Shown here one piece after another: positions 28,690 to 41,050 of a DNA stretch of 64,000 nt; the first letter of the stretch is position 1; every line of letters starts with the position of its first letter. This DNA is from Octopus sinensis (Eukaryota): the NCBI RefSeq assembly GCF_006345805.1, contig NC_043017.1, positions 3,720,001 through 3,784,000 on the forward strand. The letters are read 5' to 3'. The translations under genes were made by a program, and so were the position numbers. Under the pieces are notes generated by a model that was not told the origin of the DNA, did not search any database, and saw only the letters and a list, made by a program, of their open reading frames with translations.

Positions 28690-29010
28690 TGTGTACATGT
28701 ATGCATGCATGTGTGTGTGTTTGTGTGTGTGTGTGTGCGTGTGTGTGTGTATGTGTGTGTGTGTATGTGTGTGTGTGTGTGTATGTGTGTGTGTGTGTAT
28801 GTGTGTGTATGTGTGTGTGTGTGTGTTTGTGTGTGTGTGTTTGTGTGTATGTGTGTGTGTGTATGTGTGTGTATGTGTGTGTGTGTATGTGTGTGTGTGT
28901 ATATGTGTGTTTGTGTGTGTGTATGTGTGTGTGTGTGTATGTGCGTGTATGTGTGTGTGTGTGTGGATGTGTGAGTGTCTGTGTGTATGTGTGTGTGTTT
29001 GGGTGTGTCG
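28690..29010. repeat. (TG)n microsatellite upstream of gene A
   Basis: Seen directly; representative of many (TG)n, (TA)n, (TAA)n and (TACA)n tracts. Confidence 0.95.
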
Positions 29011-29164
29011 GTACATTCTGCACATTGTTACATGACGTTTGGGTCTGAGTTGTCTTTCATTATTTTCAATATAGTTCCGTTTCTCCTCCCTCCTCCATTC
29101 TCTTCTTTACTACCACCTCTGTTTCTTTATTATTTCTCTCTCCTTCTGTGTCTTTTTCTCTCTT

Positions 29165-29213
<49 letters not shown>

Positions 29214-29337
29214 ATTGGTCACTTTTCATTACTTACCGTTTTGTTCCTTCTCTTCCTCCTCTGCTTCCTCCTACTCTTTTTTCCCTCTCTCTTCTTGTCT
29301 ATATGTTGCCCTTGCGACAAACCCTTCACGAGTGATA

Positions 29338-29373
29338 TATAAAATGCTTAGGATCTCGTAATCTTCCACAGTT
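29338..29373 (+). promoter_or_regulatory. Putative TATA box and initiator for gene A
   Basis: TATAAAA at 29338-29344; Inr-like ACAGTT with A at 29370, 32 nt downstream; about 107 nt before the ATG. Confidence 0.5.
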
Positions 29374-29476
29374 GGCAGATACGTCGAAGTGGTCACCAGT
29401 GCTTTAGCCTTGTACCTGCACAGGATTTTTTCCTCGAAACTGTAAAACAGTTTTTTTTTCGAATAACAACAACAAG

Positions 29477-29739
29477 ATGGGACACGAACAGCAGGATGTG
29501 AAAGAGTTGAGAAATTTGAACTCAAGGTTTTCAAAATTCACGGAAAGGAACAGTTTCCTTCAGTGTGAGCTCAATTCCCTGAAAGACGATTTGAAAAAGC
29601 GAGATGCTGACGTCAAGTCCATTAAAGAGGCGTCGCGAGTAGAGATTCAAACGATAAAAGAAATCCATGGAAAGACAAATGATCAGAAAAACGACCGTAT
29701 CAACACCTTGGAACAAGAACTGCAGGGCTCATGTGCCAA
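29477..29739 (+). CDS. Gene A exon 1 (start, coil 1A and start of coil 1B)
   Basis: ATG in AACAAGATGG context; [18 protein letters not shown]...QGSCAK; donor AA|GTAAGT (phase 2). Confidence 0.88.
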
Positions 29740-29748
29740 GTAAGTACG

Positions 29749-29790
<42 letters not shown>

Positions 29791-32700
29791 ACTCTTCTAT
29801 CTTTACGATCTCTTCTCTGTCTATCTCTTCCCTCTCTTGTTCTCCATCCTTTCTGGTTTTCTCTACCACCCTTCCCTTTTCTTCTCCTCTACTCTTCACC
29901 GTTCCCTCTCTCTCTCACTACCCCTCCTCGACTCTCTCGTCGCTGACACGTGACGAAAGAGAATCTATCTTTCTGACTACTACCTTGATAAAGACAACAA
30001 CGTGCACATACTGTCTCCTTCATAAGCTCGTCTTCCTAGCGTTCCTAATAATCTTTCTATCGTCTTCACTTAACAACCCTCACCGTTTGTTTTTACTGTT
30101 TTGTTTTCACTGTCCTGTTCTTGTTACCACTTCCATCCTCCGCAAAAAATCCCAAATGTTATTTAATTTGCTTTGCGGGAAGGACTGTTTCAACGAAGTC
30201 GCGTCTTGTCCTTACCTTCGAAAAGCGGAGTGGATGAAACAGGGACAACTGAAGAAGGAGAATATTCTTTATATTGTATGTCTCGTTTTTCTGTTTGTTT
30301 TTTCGTTGTTCGAAAACAAGTTCGTTTCTATGTTTTTGTTTTTATTTTCGTTTCTCATTGTGTTCAACGTTGATGTCCAGTACCCATATATGCATGTATA
30401 TATATACATATATATGTAGGCATGTACATATATGTATGTATATATGCATATATTTATATATTATTTATATTATTATATATACATACATACACCCCCCCTC
30501 CACACACACACCAAATTCAGTCGCAGTTACTTTGCCTTTCATCTTCTCGGGGTCGATAAAATAAGTACCAGTCAAACCTTGGGGTCGATGTAATGCACTG
30601 ACAGCATACTCATAGATTTCCAAGCCTTCCACATAGACAATATGCAGTAGTTTGCACAAATCATGCAGCCATTTGAGAGATAGGTGTTAAAGACTACCTG
30701 CCCATCTCTTTAAGCAATTCCTAGATATTTAGCTGTGACACTATCGACCTACTTACCAAATTGTCTCATCATTAATTGGGTTTTATTTCTTCCTTATCTT
30801 GGGGTGTAGTTAACTACGTATAAAATACTACGACATGTTCACCTTCCGAAGTCTTCCTGACTCTCTGCTTTGTATTAACAACTTGACACAGCTATATTCA
30901 GAAGACATTAATCTCTAAAACCTCTACTTTTTACCATAGATCAAAATGTTCTAGTCGTCTGAGATAACTATAAAATTGTATATCGACCGTCATCTTTGTC
31001 CTAGCTCTCATATCCTTCTTCATCTATTTACATATATTAATTATACCTACTTAAAATTATGACATTCCTTTATTTTGTATAATGCCCTAAAGTGTTTAAA
31101 ATTCAATTTATAGTTATATAATAACCGTTTTCGCAAGCATTCCTCACATTTTCTAATTTACCTTTATTTTTCGCTACTTTATAGAATGCTTATAATGTAC
31201 TCAGATCACGAAAAGATTTTTCTGCTACACGTAAAAATAGGGTGGTCTAGCTGTTTTTCCTAGTTTTCTTTCTTTTATATAATTCTCTTTGACCTCCCTT
31301 CTCAAATCTATTTTCTTCAAACTTAGATTTATGATTTGCGTTGATTTGTCTGGTCCTCAACGACTTTTTAACCCTTCCATCTATCCCTACTTTTCTTCTT
31401 TCTTTCTTTTTTTATACTCATCTCTAAGCAAATCTCATCACTTAACTTGTATATTTTCATCCTCGTTCTCACAACATTTCTTCGTTTCGCTCTTTCTACC
31501 TTACCATTACTGCTCCGCTCTGTCGTCTCTTATTGATATTTCTGTGCGATTCAATGCCAACCAGTTCTCTACAAATTTTGCATTTGCTCACTCAAACTTT
31601 GCGCTTTCAACGCTTCCTGCTGGAACATATTATAGTGTTGTGTTTATGCATTTATAAAATTTCAAATTGTTTGATGTTTAGTATTGGATCAAATAAATCG
31701 TAATTTGTTGATAGTGAAACATTTGCTTATGATTAATCTATATTTTTGTTACTTTTCATTTGTCTTGCTCGCTTACGTTTCTGGTGTTTGCTAAATTTTC
31801 TAGAGAACAATTCTTTGTGGTTAAGACCATAGCGGATCTTCTTCTAGCATAAGAGTTTCCCCATAATGGTAAAATTCCCTCTTATACGTAAATATATATG
31901 TCAGGTCGCTCTTGAGTGCTGCTGGTAACATGTAATCCGGTACAACATATCGCGTAGTCGGGTTGTCAGCAACTAAACTGGCAACCCCACCAAGCTTGCA
32001 TGTTGAGGAGGACGGTGTTGGACACCCTGCAGGATGAAAATTAGGACTTGTCAAGCGCTTCATGAAATCCTGGACAGTCAACGGTCATCCAACAAATGTC
32101 TCTAAATATGTATATATATATATATTTTTATATGTATATATGTATATTTTTACTCTTTTACTTGTTTCAGGCATTTGACTGCGGCCATGCTGGAGCACCG
32201 CCTTTAGTCGAGCAAATCGACCCCAGTACTTATTCTATCGGTCTCTTTTGCCGAACCGCTAGGTGACGGGGACGTAAACACACCAGCATCGGTTGTCAAG
32301 CAATGCTAGGGGGACAAACACAGACACACAAACACACACACACACATACATATACATATACATATATATATATTATATATATATATACATATATACGACA
32401 GGCTTCTTTCAGTTTCCGGAACCATGTGGTTGGTAGGCAAGCTACTTACCACACAGCCACTCCTGCGCCTATATATACTTTATAATATATACTTTATATA
32501 TATACTTTATAATATATACTTTATATATATACCTTATAATATATACTGCTCTACATCTTAGAGTGTGGTTTTCTTTCGGATTTATGTTTTTTACAAACGA
32601 TATATATAATTTTTTCCACTGGCCCAAACAAATACACTTCGACTCTTATATTACAGAGTACGTGAACTCACTGATATGTGCGGCCAAAAGCAAAACACTA

Positions 32701-34465
32701 TTGCGGCTCTTAATGATGACATCTCTCGGCGTGTTACTGACAGCGAAATTATGAGAAGGCAGGTTCAAACTCTGGAGAAAGAACTCGACGACTCGAAAAA
32801 TAACATTCGCTGTCGGGAAGACCAACTACATCAAGTTAAATTGGTAAGCAAAACTTAAACATGATTATTGCTCTGTTTTGGGAACTTGTAATTTGGCAAG
32901 CATTGCCGAGTACCTAAGCGTTTCTCTTAGTAACCACGAGACCCCGGATTTGGAGAAAGTGTTTCCTACCACAAAATCAGTTTTCTATGTTTATAAAATA
33001 TTTAAGTTTTATTAAAATTGACATGAAGTTTTTGATATAATATGCTAATTAATAATATCTTGAGCGAGTGGTTAAAAAGTTCGCTATACAACCACATGAT
33101 AAGGCGGCGAGCTGGCAGAAACGTTAGCACGCCAGGCGAAATGCTTAGCGGTTTTTCGTCCGCCTTTACGTTCTGAGTTCAAATTCCGCCGGGGTCGACT
33201 TTGCCTTTCATCCTTTCGGGGTAGATAAATTAAGTACCGGTTACGCACTGAGGTCGATGTAATCGACTTAATACCTATGTCTGTCCTTGTTTGTCCCCTC
33301 TGTGTTTAGCCCCTTGTGGGTAGTAAAGAAATATATACAACCACGTGATTTCCTCTTCGTATACTCTTTTCTCTTTTTACTCTTTTACTTGTTTCAGTCA
33401 TTTGACTGCGGCCATGCTGGGGCACCGCCTTTAGTCGAGCAAATCGACCCCGGGACTTATTCTTTTTGTAAGCCCAGTACTTATTCTATCGGTCTCTTTT
33501 TGCCGAACCGCTAGATGACGGGGACGTAAACACACCAGCATCGGTTGTCAAGCAATGCTAGAGGGACAAACACAGACACACAAACATACACACACACACA
33601 TATATATATATATGTACATACATATATACGACGGGCTTCTTTCAGTTTCCGTCTACCAAATCCACTCACAAGACATTGGTCGGCCCGAGGCTATAGCAGA
33701 AGACACTTGCCCAACATGCCACGCAGTGGGACTGAACCCGGAACCATGTGGTTGGTTAGCAAGCTACTTACCACACAGCCACTCCTGCGCCTATCACTAG
33801 GAAGTTTGTTATTTTCTTTTATCTCAGCTTCTGCTTTACAAAAACGCGTTTGGAATGAAATTTAGTGGATGGGCGTTTGCGGAGCCCTTTGGATGTGCGA
33901 TCAATCGATTTCGGATGGCATAATTGTTACGAGGAACAAAAGTGCACATCATAACGCTTGCTTTCGTTCCTTTCTTGTGAAGTTCATGCAACAGGTATCA
34001 GGAGATATATATACATTGTTCTTTGTGAAGGCGCGTGGCTTAGTGGTTAGGGCATTCGGCTCACGATTGTAAGGTCGTGAGTTCGATTCCAAGCGACGCG
34101 TTGTGTACTTGAGCAAGACACTTTATTTCACGTTGCTCCAGTCCACTCAGCTGGCAAAAATGAGTTGTACCTGTATTTCAAAGGGCCGGCCTTGTCACAC
34201 TGTGTGTTACGCTGAATATCCCCGAGAACTACGTTAAGGGTACACGTGTCTGTGGAGTGCTCAGCCACTTGCACGTTAATTTCACGAGCAGGCTGTTCTG
34301 TTGATCGTATCAGCTGGAACCGACGGAGTGCTCCATACATTGTTCTTTAACAAACATATTGTAGATTTGTATCTAATTTTAATATCTGTATGTGGCGCTT
34401 CATATTATAGTGACCAAAGCTTCGTGTGCGGATTTAGTAGACGGAAATTGAAATAAACGCAGTGA

Positions 34466-34506
<41 letters not shown>

Positions 34507-37500
34507 CACACACAAGGCGGCGAGCTGGCAGAAACGTTAGCACGCCGGGCGAAATGCGTAGCCGTATTTCGTCTGCCGTTACGTTCTGAGTTCAAATTCC
34601 GTCGAGGTCGACTTTGCCTTTCATCCTTTCGGGGTCGATTAATTAAGTACCAGTTACGCACTGGGGTCGATGTAATCGACTTAATCCCTTTGTCTGTCCT
34701 TGTTTGTCCCCTCTGTGTTTAGCCCCTTGTGGGTAGTAAAGAAATATATATACACACACATGCACGCACACACACACATGTATGTATGTGTATGTATATA
34801 CACATATACATATACATATAAACCGAAAACTTCATTTCTATTAACAGTGTTTGGAAAGGGAAATTTCCAATCGCAGAATTGAGGCCCAACGAGCAGAGAC
34901 AATACAAGCTGAACTGGTCACCCTCAAACATGACTATGAAATCGTAAGTAAATTTTCTCCTTCTTTTACTCTTATAACTGATTATAACTGGAAAAAAATA
35001 AACAACTGTGGCTTGAAGTGAGAAATACGAAGACAATGACAATGTATGGTGCCCTCCGCCCTAAGGCAAATGTACACAGGCTCTACATTGAAAGAGGTAA
35101 GGGTGGACGTGGGCTGATTAGCGAACAGAAGTGCATCAACAGTGAAAAAAGAAGCAAGGCAGAATATTAGCTAAAAAGCAAAGGAGATCTGAAACAGTAT
35201 GCTGCTTGTGCAGAAGGAGTGACCAAAAATGAACTTGAGAATGCTCGTGAATTCCAAACAAGAACAGCCAACTCCGTATGGAATTACATGGTGGCCTTTA
35301 ACGGGTGGAGAGCTGAACCATCCTGGGGTACAGAGGATTCGCAATCTAGACTAGGGTCTGAAAGTTTACCACACCATAGTGGCTTAAACATGGTTCCTCT
35401 GCTTTGTGGCAGAAGTAAGAAGAAAGAGTGAGAGAAAGTTGTAGTGAAAGAGTACAGCGGGGTTCACCACCCCTACCCCGCCGGAGCCTCGCGGAGCTTA
35501 GGTGCTTTTGCTCAATAAACACTCACAATGCCCGGCCTGGGAATCGAAACCGCGGTCGTAAGAACGCGAGTCCGCTGTCCTAACCACTGGGCCATTGCCC
35601 CTCCACTACTGTTGTTGTTGCAGTTGTTGATGCAGATGCTCTTACCAGTTATGCTGCTACTGCTAGTTTTACTCTTCTTGCTATTTATGTCATCGTGGCA
35701 GCCTGCATCAACTACTACTGCTGCTGCTGATATTGCTATGGTTACAGTACTTGAAGAAGTTGTGGTCTTTCTTCTTTCATTTGCTGTAGACAGAAAACAC
35801 TATGGTGGTGTGAGTCACTGCACAAGTGACGACTCGGTCTCCTGCTCTGACTCACCACGTAGACTTTTGTACTGTTTGATAGATTGATTAGGCCCGGGAT
35901 AGCTCCCATGCTTTTCTGATCAATGCCCTGCTTTTTTTCCTCTGGGTATATTTGTTTTGGTGTTCTAGGCTGGTCTGAAGCATTACCAAGTTGTTGACGT
36001 TGCAGATTCTCTTGTTGCTTTTGGTGTTCTTGTTATTCTTTTGGTTGATATTGATGTTGTTGTTGTTGCTAGTGTAATTTTCGTTGCTGTTGTGTTTTGT
36101 GGACTTACCATCATTATGTCATAATCTTGCCTTCTCTATGTTTCTGTGTAGAAAAGCAAAGAGTATCAGGAACTTTTGGCCAAACAAAATCCCGATGCTA
36201 AAATTAAGAAATATTGGGAATCAGAACTCAACAAATCCAAGAATGAAATTCGCCGAGAATATGAACATAAATTAGAAAGAGAATGTTCTACCATAAAGAC
36301 TGAGTTCGAATCCAAGGTGAGTCCCCTTTACATCTTTACATTTCCGTTTCGTTCTCTGCTACTCAATGAGTGCTCCTTAAAAAATTCCATTATGTTTTTT
36401 ACAAGAAAGGGTTGATTGCTTCTCACTCAGCCTTTCTCCATTCTACAAATGTACCTTATTGAAAAGAACACTTAAATTCTGATTTTTGAAATATTTTGCA
36501 GTAGATTTCTTTTAACTTCATTCACCGTTTCTTGAGATCGGTGAGTTAGGGGAAGAATGCTCTGATTTTCGAGAGAAGGTGAGGATGGAGGATCTAGAGT
36601 ATTAAGAAATCCTTGTGTAAGGTTTCAACCATTTCATTCAACCAACAGATGATTAATAATTCAGGAAACGCTAAAGAAGTCCAAAATACAACGGCAATGC
36701 CCGTAAGAATATTTTTTTCATTCGTAACATAGAATCAAACAGTTGCAAAGCCACCTGGTGTTCATTTCACTAACCACTGTTTTAGAAACATTGCAGTTCA
36801 TGTTGTCGCTGTTGTTTTTCATTGCTGTTGTATAGCCCCATTTCGAGCAGCGATACGATCAAAGGTGTCCCATTTAAGAGCAAACCATTCTTTTTGTTGT
36901 GCCTTTAGAATTATGTTGTACATCGTGTCCCTCTTTTTAAGGGAGACGACTGGGATTTAAGGGATATTTGGTTGCTATTATTAAGAAGCCGAGGAACTCT
37001 GTAGAGTCAGGTTCTGTGAAGACTATTTATTAGGAAACTGAGGGACGATGTAGAATCATTTCTGTGTGTGAGAGAAATCTCGCTGAAAATAAATCCCGAT
37101 GAGTCTACTATTTTCTAGATCGAAATTAGGCTTAGATTTTCTCTTGCTTCTGTTTCTCCACGGTTAAGCCTAGTTGTAGGGCGATAAGCAGGCAGAATTG
37201 TTAGCACGCTGGGTAAAATGCTTAGCGGCATTTCGTCCGTCTTTATGTTCTGAGTTCAAATGTCACTGATGTCGAAGGCGGTAATTTATGGTTTCCATGT
37301 TTCAGTAAGTCAATCGCCGTTTGCATGTAAGCCAGTAAGAATGTGCGAGAGACAGATGGATACTTACAAACACACACACACACACACACACAATCATTGT
37401 TTCAATAGGTTGTAGACCACAGAAACAGATTATTTGATAGAAATTGTACTCTACCGCTTTAAATGGGGAATCGTCTGAGAGCTATGCAATGATAAAAGCA

Positions 37501-38411
37501 TCCAGAATTGTTTCAGCTGAATCACAGTCAATTCCTATTTCGTTGTTAAACATGGTTTCATAATAAAAGACGTGACAGTGTCCAACCAAAAGTTGTTATT
37601 CATTGACAAAATTTAACATTCGTGTTCATTTGCAAAATGGAACAGAGCTTTCGTTGACAAAATCTGGCAATGGTTTTCATTGAAATACACTAGAGGTGAC
37701 CATAAGATGTTGAAGTGGTGTTTATTGGCAAAAATAATTGTGTAAATTTCGCGAATTCAGGCCGAAGTGAAACGCAAATACAAACAATTTCAGCAAAACT
37801 TTTTGGTCAAAGAGAGAAGAAAGATGTTGATATATTGTTTAAAATATTATGAATTGTTTGTATATTATTTCAGATTCGAAGAATACGTTCGGAAGAAGAG
37901 GTTAAAGTGAGACAAATGGAAAGAAAGAACAAAGAAATTCGTGAAGAGAGAGATGAGTTTGAAAAAAACGTTTTGAAATGCAAGGGTCAGGTAATATGTG
38001 TGTGTGTGTATGTGTGTGTGTGTGGTGTGTGTGTGTGTGTGTGTGCGTACGTGTGTGTGCGTTTGTGTGTGTGTGTGTGTATGTGTGTGTGTGTGTGCGT
38101 GTGTGTGTGTGTGTGTGTGTTTGTGAATATGTGTGTGTGTGTAAATATAAATATAGATTTTGTTTCTTTAATTCATTTGCTTATAGATCAACGATTTAAA
38201 ATCGAAATTGGATGAAGAAAACGCTAAACTTTCATCTGTTTCTTTGGAACTGAAACGTGAGAAAGACGAACATAGAGCCGATGATGCCCGTCTCAATGGC
38301 ACTATTGAAATATTGCAAAAGGAAAACCAAGATCTGTTGGACGCGAATCGGAGGATCGAAGACGAAATTGATCGTTATCGTAGCATACTGGATCGGGCTG
38401 AAAACTGGTAA
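29477..38411 (+). CDS. Gene A: cytoplasmic intermediate filament protein, rod-only (~350 aa); join(29477..29739,32657..32843,34848..34943,36152..36316,37874..37990,38187..38411)
   Basis: Six GT-AG exons join in one open frame (phases 2,0,0,0,0). Coil-1A-like [20 protein letters not shown] at the N-terminus and coil-2-end-like [14 protein letters not shown] at the C-terminus; heptad-rich throughout. Confidence 0.9.
32150..32470 (-). mobile_element. SINE family B, internally deleted
   Basis: Matches family B with the middle missing. Confidence 0.8.
32657..32843 (+). CDS. Gene A exon 2 (coil 1B)
   Basis: Acceptor TTATATTACAG, donor TTG|GTAAGC; [30 protein letters not shown]...VKL; 187 nt, same as paralog exon 58572-58758. 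Confidence 0.9.
33101..33332 (+). mobile_element. SINE family A
   Basis: AAGGCGGCGAGCTGGCAGAAACG...GAGTTCAAATTCC (B-box-like)...GCCTTTCATCCTTTCGGGG...GTAAAGAAATA. Confidence 0.9.
33364..33791 (-). mobile_element. SINE family B, full length
   Basis: Complete head-to-tail match. Confidence 0.9.
34025..34335 (+). mobile_element. SINE family C (tRNA-derived head)
   Basis: A box TGGCTTAGTGG, B box GAGTTCGATTCC, then TTGAGCAAGACACTT...; related copies elsewhere in the window. Confidence 0.85.
34514..34745 (+). mobile_element. SINE family A
   Basis: Near-identical to 33101-33332. Confidence 0.9.
34848..34943 (+). CDS. Gene A exon 3 (end of coil 1B)
   Basis: Acceptor TTCTATTAACAG, donor ATC|GTAAGT; [32 protein letters not shown]; 96 nt like the paralog exon; absent from the ORF track. 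Confidence 0.88.
35040..35330 (+). mobile_element. R4-clade LINE fragment in gene A intron 3
   Basis: Translates [27 protein letters not shown], homologous to the HPK.D..RLY..R..GGRGL motif of the elements above. Confidence 0.7.
36152..36316 (+). CDS. Gene A exon 4 (linker 12 / coil 2 start)
   Basis: Acceptor TTTCTGTGTAG, donor AAG|GTGAGT; [11 protein letters not shown]...[18 protein letters not shown]...ESK; 165 nt. Confidence 0.9.
37874..37990 (+). CDS. Gene A exon 5 (coil 2)
   Basis: Acceptor TTATTTCAG, donor CAG|GTAATA; [39 protein letters not shown]. Confidence 0.88.
38187..38411 (+). CDS. Gene A exon 6 (coil 2 end and stop)
   Basis: Acceptor TTTGCTTATAG; [12 protein letters not shown]...[16 protein letters not shown] potential donor TG|GTAAAT after 38407 gives a 221-nt exon, identical in length to the paralog exon. 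Confidence 0.88.
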   Translation: MNDLKSKLDEENAKLSSVSLELKREKDEHRADDARLNGTIEILQKENQDLLDANRRIEDEIDRYRSILDRAENW

Positions 38412-39009
38412 ATACTGGTTTTTAACTTATCTGCAAGTTATAAAACTTATCTTTAATTAATCATTTTTAAAAATTTCTTTCTCTAAACTCTTACTTATTC
38501 TTTACACTAAACTGTTGTCTTTTTATATTAGGTTGTCCTAAACGAATTGGCCGCTGAGAAATGAATAAGCAAAAGCAATTAGAAATTTGTTTTTTCTTAA
38601 TCAAAATAGTGTTTAATTTATCGACCCCGAAAGGATGAAAGGCAAAGTCGACCTCGGCGGAATTTGAACTCACAATAAAATAACGGTAGACGAAATGCCT
38701 ATTTCTTTATTACCCACAAGGGGCTAAACATAGAGGGGACAAACATGTCTTCAACAATTATAAATTGCCCCCTCCTACCTAACTCCTTGAACAGTACATA
38801 TTTTGTAGACTCAGGAAGTTATGAGAATCAAAGGCAAATACAACGGTATTTGAATACGGGACATTGATTATTGACGGCGCTACAAAAGGCCGAGACATTC
38901 TGATGTAACGACCTCCTCCTCTCTAAATTCTTGGGCTGGTAGTTACTTTACTGTTCCAAGAAGACATGAAAATTAATGTTTATCTCGGCAGGATTTGAAC
39001 TACGATGTA

Positions 39010-39360
39010 ATCATAAACCAAAACACCCTCTCTGTTCGTTTGACGTTGAGAATGGTGTTACTGCTCTCCAATGCAGCACTAGACAACAGCCATTGGGAGT
39101 TTCATCTGGCGTGTAGCAAGAGTGGAGTGTTTCAGCGAGGCGGTGGGGGGCGTCGTTCTTGACATGGATTTCCATGTTCCGGAACTGCCTTGGCCTGGTT
39201 GCATAATCTATATCTATCCACATAACTTTCAGGAGTTTTTCTAGCTGGGCATGTGTTGTTACATTCAGGTATTGAGCTTTAATAGGGCGATCCTTCGGTA
39301 TACGTACCGTAAGTACCGGAAGTGGCTTTGTTTGCATTTCTGAAGATAACAGAAACCCTT
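39010..39360 (-). mobile_element. Possible RTE-type LINE C-terminal remnant
   Basis: RIPK...LEKLLKVMWIDID resembles the post-RT region of RTE elements; weak similarity. Confidence 0.4.
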
Positions 39361-39725
39361 TTCTCCCACCCCTAACCCTAACCCTAACCCTAACCCCACA
39401 TATATATAAAAAAAAAAACACACTTTCTTTGGCGTGACAATGCTACCAAGGGGCGCAACCGGTTGGAGATGCAATATATAGGCACTTATGCGCTGGTAGA
39501 TAGGTTTGTCCGAGATGGGCGTAGAGAGACAAAACTGATTTGCTCGCACTCGTTCAATTGCTGACCCGTGGTGTTATATCGAACAACTACTTGAACAGAT
39601 CTTTCAATCATCTGAGTTCGTAGTGGTGTTATTAGCATTGCAATTGTTCGGACTGTGCTTATTAACTTCAAGTGAGATAAAAATGTTTTGATATTTATAA
39701 TAATATTTAAATATATAAATACCTA

Positions 39726-40149
39726 AAGGGCGGCGAGCTGGCAGAAACGTTAGCACGTCGGGCGAAATGCTTAACGGTATTTCGTCTGCCGTTATGTTAT
39801 TGTAAGTTCAAATTCCGCCGAGGTCGACTTTGCCTTTCATCCTTTCGGGGTCGATAAATTAAGTACCAGTTACGAACTGGGGTCAATGTAATCGACTTAA
39901 TACCTATGTCTGTCCTTGTTTGTCCGCTCTGTGTTTAGCCCCTTGTGGGTAATAAAGAAATAGGTATTTCGTCTGCCGTTATGTTATTGTGAGTTCAAAT
40001 TCCGCCGAGGTCGACTTTGCCTTTCATCCTTTCGGGGTCGATAAATTAAGTACCAGTTACGCACTGGGGTCAATGTAATCGATTTAATCCCTTTGTCTGT
40101 CCTTGTTTGTCCCCTCTATGTTTAGCCCCCTGGTGGGTAATAAAGAAAT
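39726..40149 (+). mobile_element. SINE family A with tandem duplication of its 3' ~190 bp
   Basis: GGTATTTCGTCTGCCGTTATG...AAAGAAATA occurs twice head-to-tail. Confidence 0.85.
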
Positions 40150-40447
40150 ATATATAAATACCTAATCATAAAATATATCATGGTTCACTTCTTTCGCTGT
40201 CTCTTGATCTCTCTCTCTCTCTCCTTCTTACCATCCATAATTATATCACAACAGGCTCTACACATTCATAACCCGGCACACACCACGTTCGATACTCAAT
40301 CAACAACCAGCAAAATAACACATTTCTCGTGTTTTCCATATTCTTCACAACAAACTTAACAGAACAAATAATAAAACAAAACGAACGATGCTTGCAAATG
40401 TGGGCTTGGAGACATGAAATTATTGAAAACTTGATAATAACAATAAT

Positions 40448-41050
40448 ACTCTTTTACTCTTTTATTTGTTTCAGTTGTTCGTCTGCGGCCATGCTGGAGT
40501 ACTGCTCTTAGTCGAGCAAATCGACCCCAGGATTTATTCTTTGTAAGCCTAGTACTTATTCTTATTTCTTTATTTCCCATAAGGGGCTAAACATAGAGGG
40601 GACGAACAAGAACAAAGGGATTAAGTCGATTAGATCGACCCCACTGCGTAACTGGTACTTATTTTACCGACCCCGAAAGGATGAGAGGCAAAGTCGACCT
40701 CGGTGGAATTTGAACTCAGAACGTATCAGCAGACGAAAAACCGCTAAGCATTTCGCCCGGAGTGCTAACGGTTCTGCCAACTCACCGCCTAATACTTATT
40801 CTATCGGTCTCTTTTGCCGAACTGCTAAGTTACGGGGACGTAAACACACCAGCATCGGTTGTCAAGCGATGTTGGGAGGACAAATACATATACACAAACA
40901 CACACATATATATGCATATACATATATACGACGGGCTTCTTTCAGTTTCCGTCTACCAAATCCACTCACAAGGCTTTGGTCGGTTCGAGGCTATAGTAGA
41001 AGACGCTTGCCCAAGGTGCTACGCAGAGGGACTGAACCCGGAACCATGTG
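40448..41050 (-). mobile_element. SINE family B interrupted by a family A copy
   Basis: The two halves are colinear around the insertion at 40563-40790. Confidence 0.85.
40563..40790 (-). mobile_element. SINE family A nested inside a family B SINE
   Basis: TSD TACTTATTCT at 40553-40562 and 40793-40802. Confidence 0.88.

Noticed and set aside
34025-34095. tRNA genes (also ~14100, ~63200, ~50680-50745)
   Set aside because: A/B boxes run directly into SINE bodies repeated across the window; no complete acceptor stem.
39369-39397. Telomeric (TTAGGG)n tract
   Set aside because: Only about 4 units, interstitial; such short tracts are common inside invertebrate transposons.
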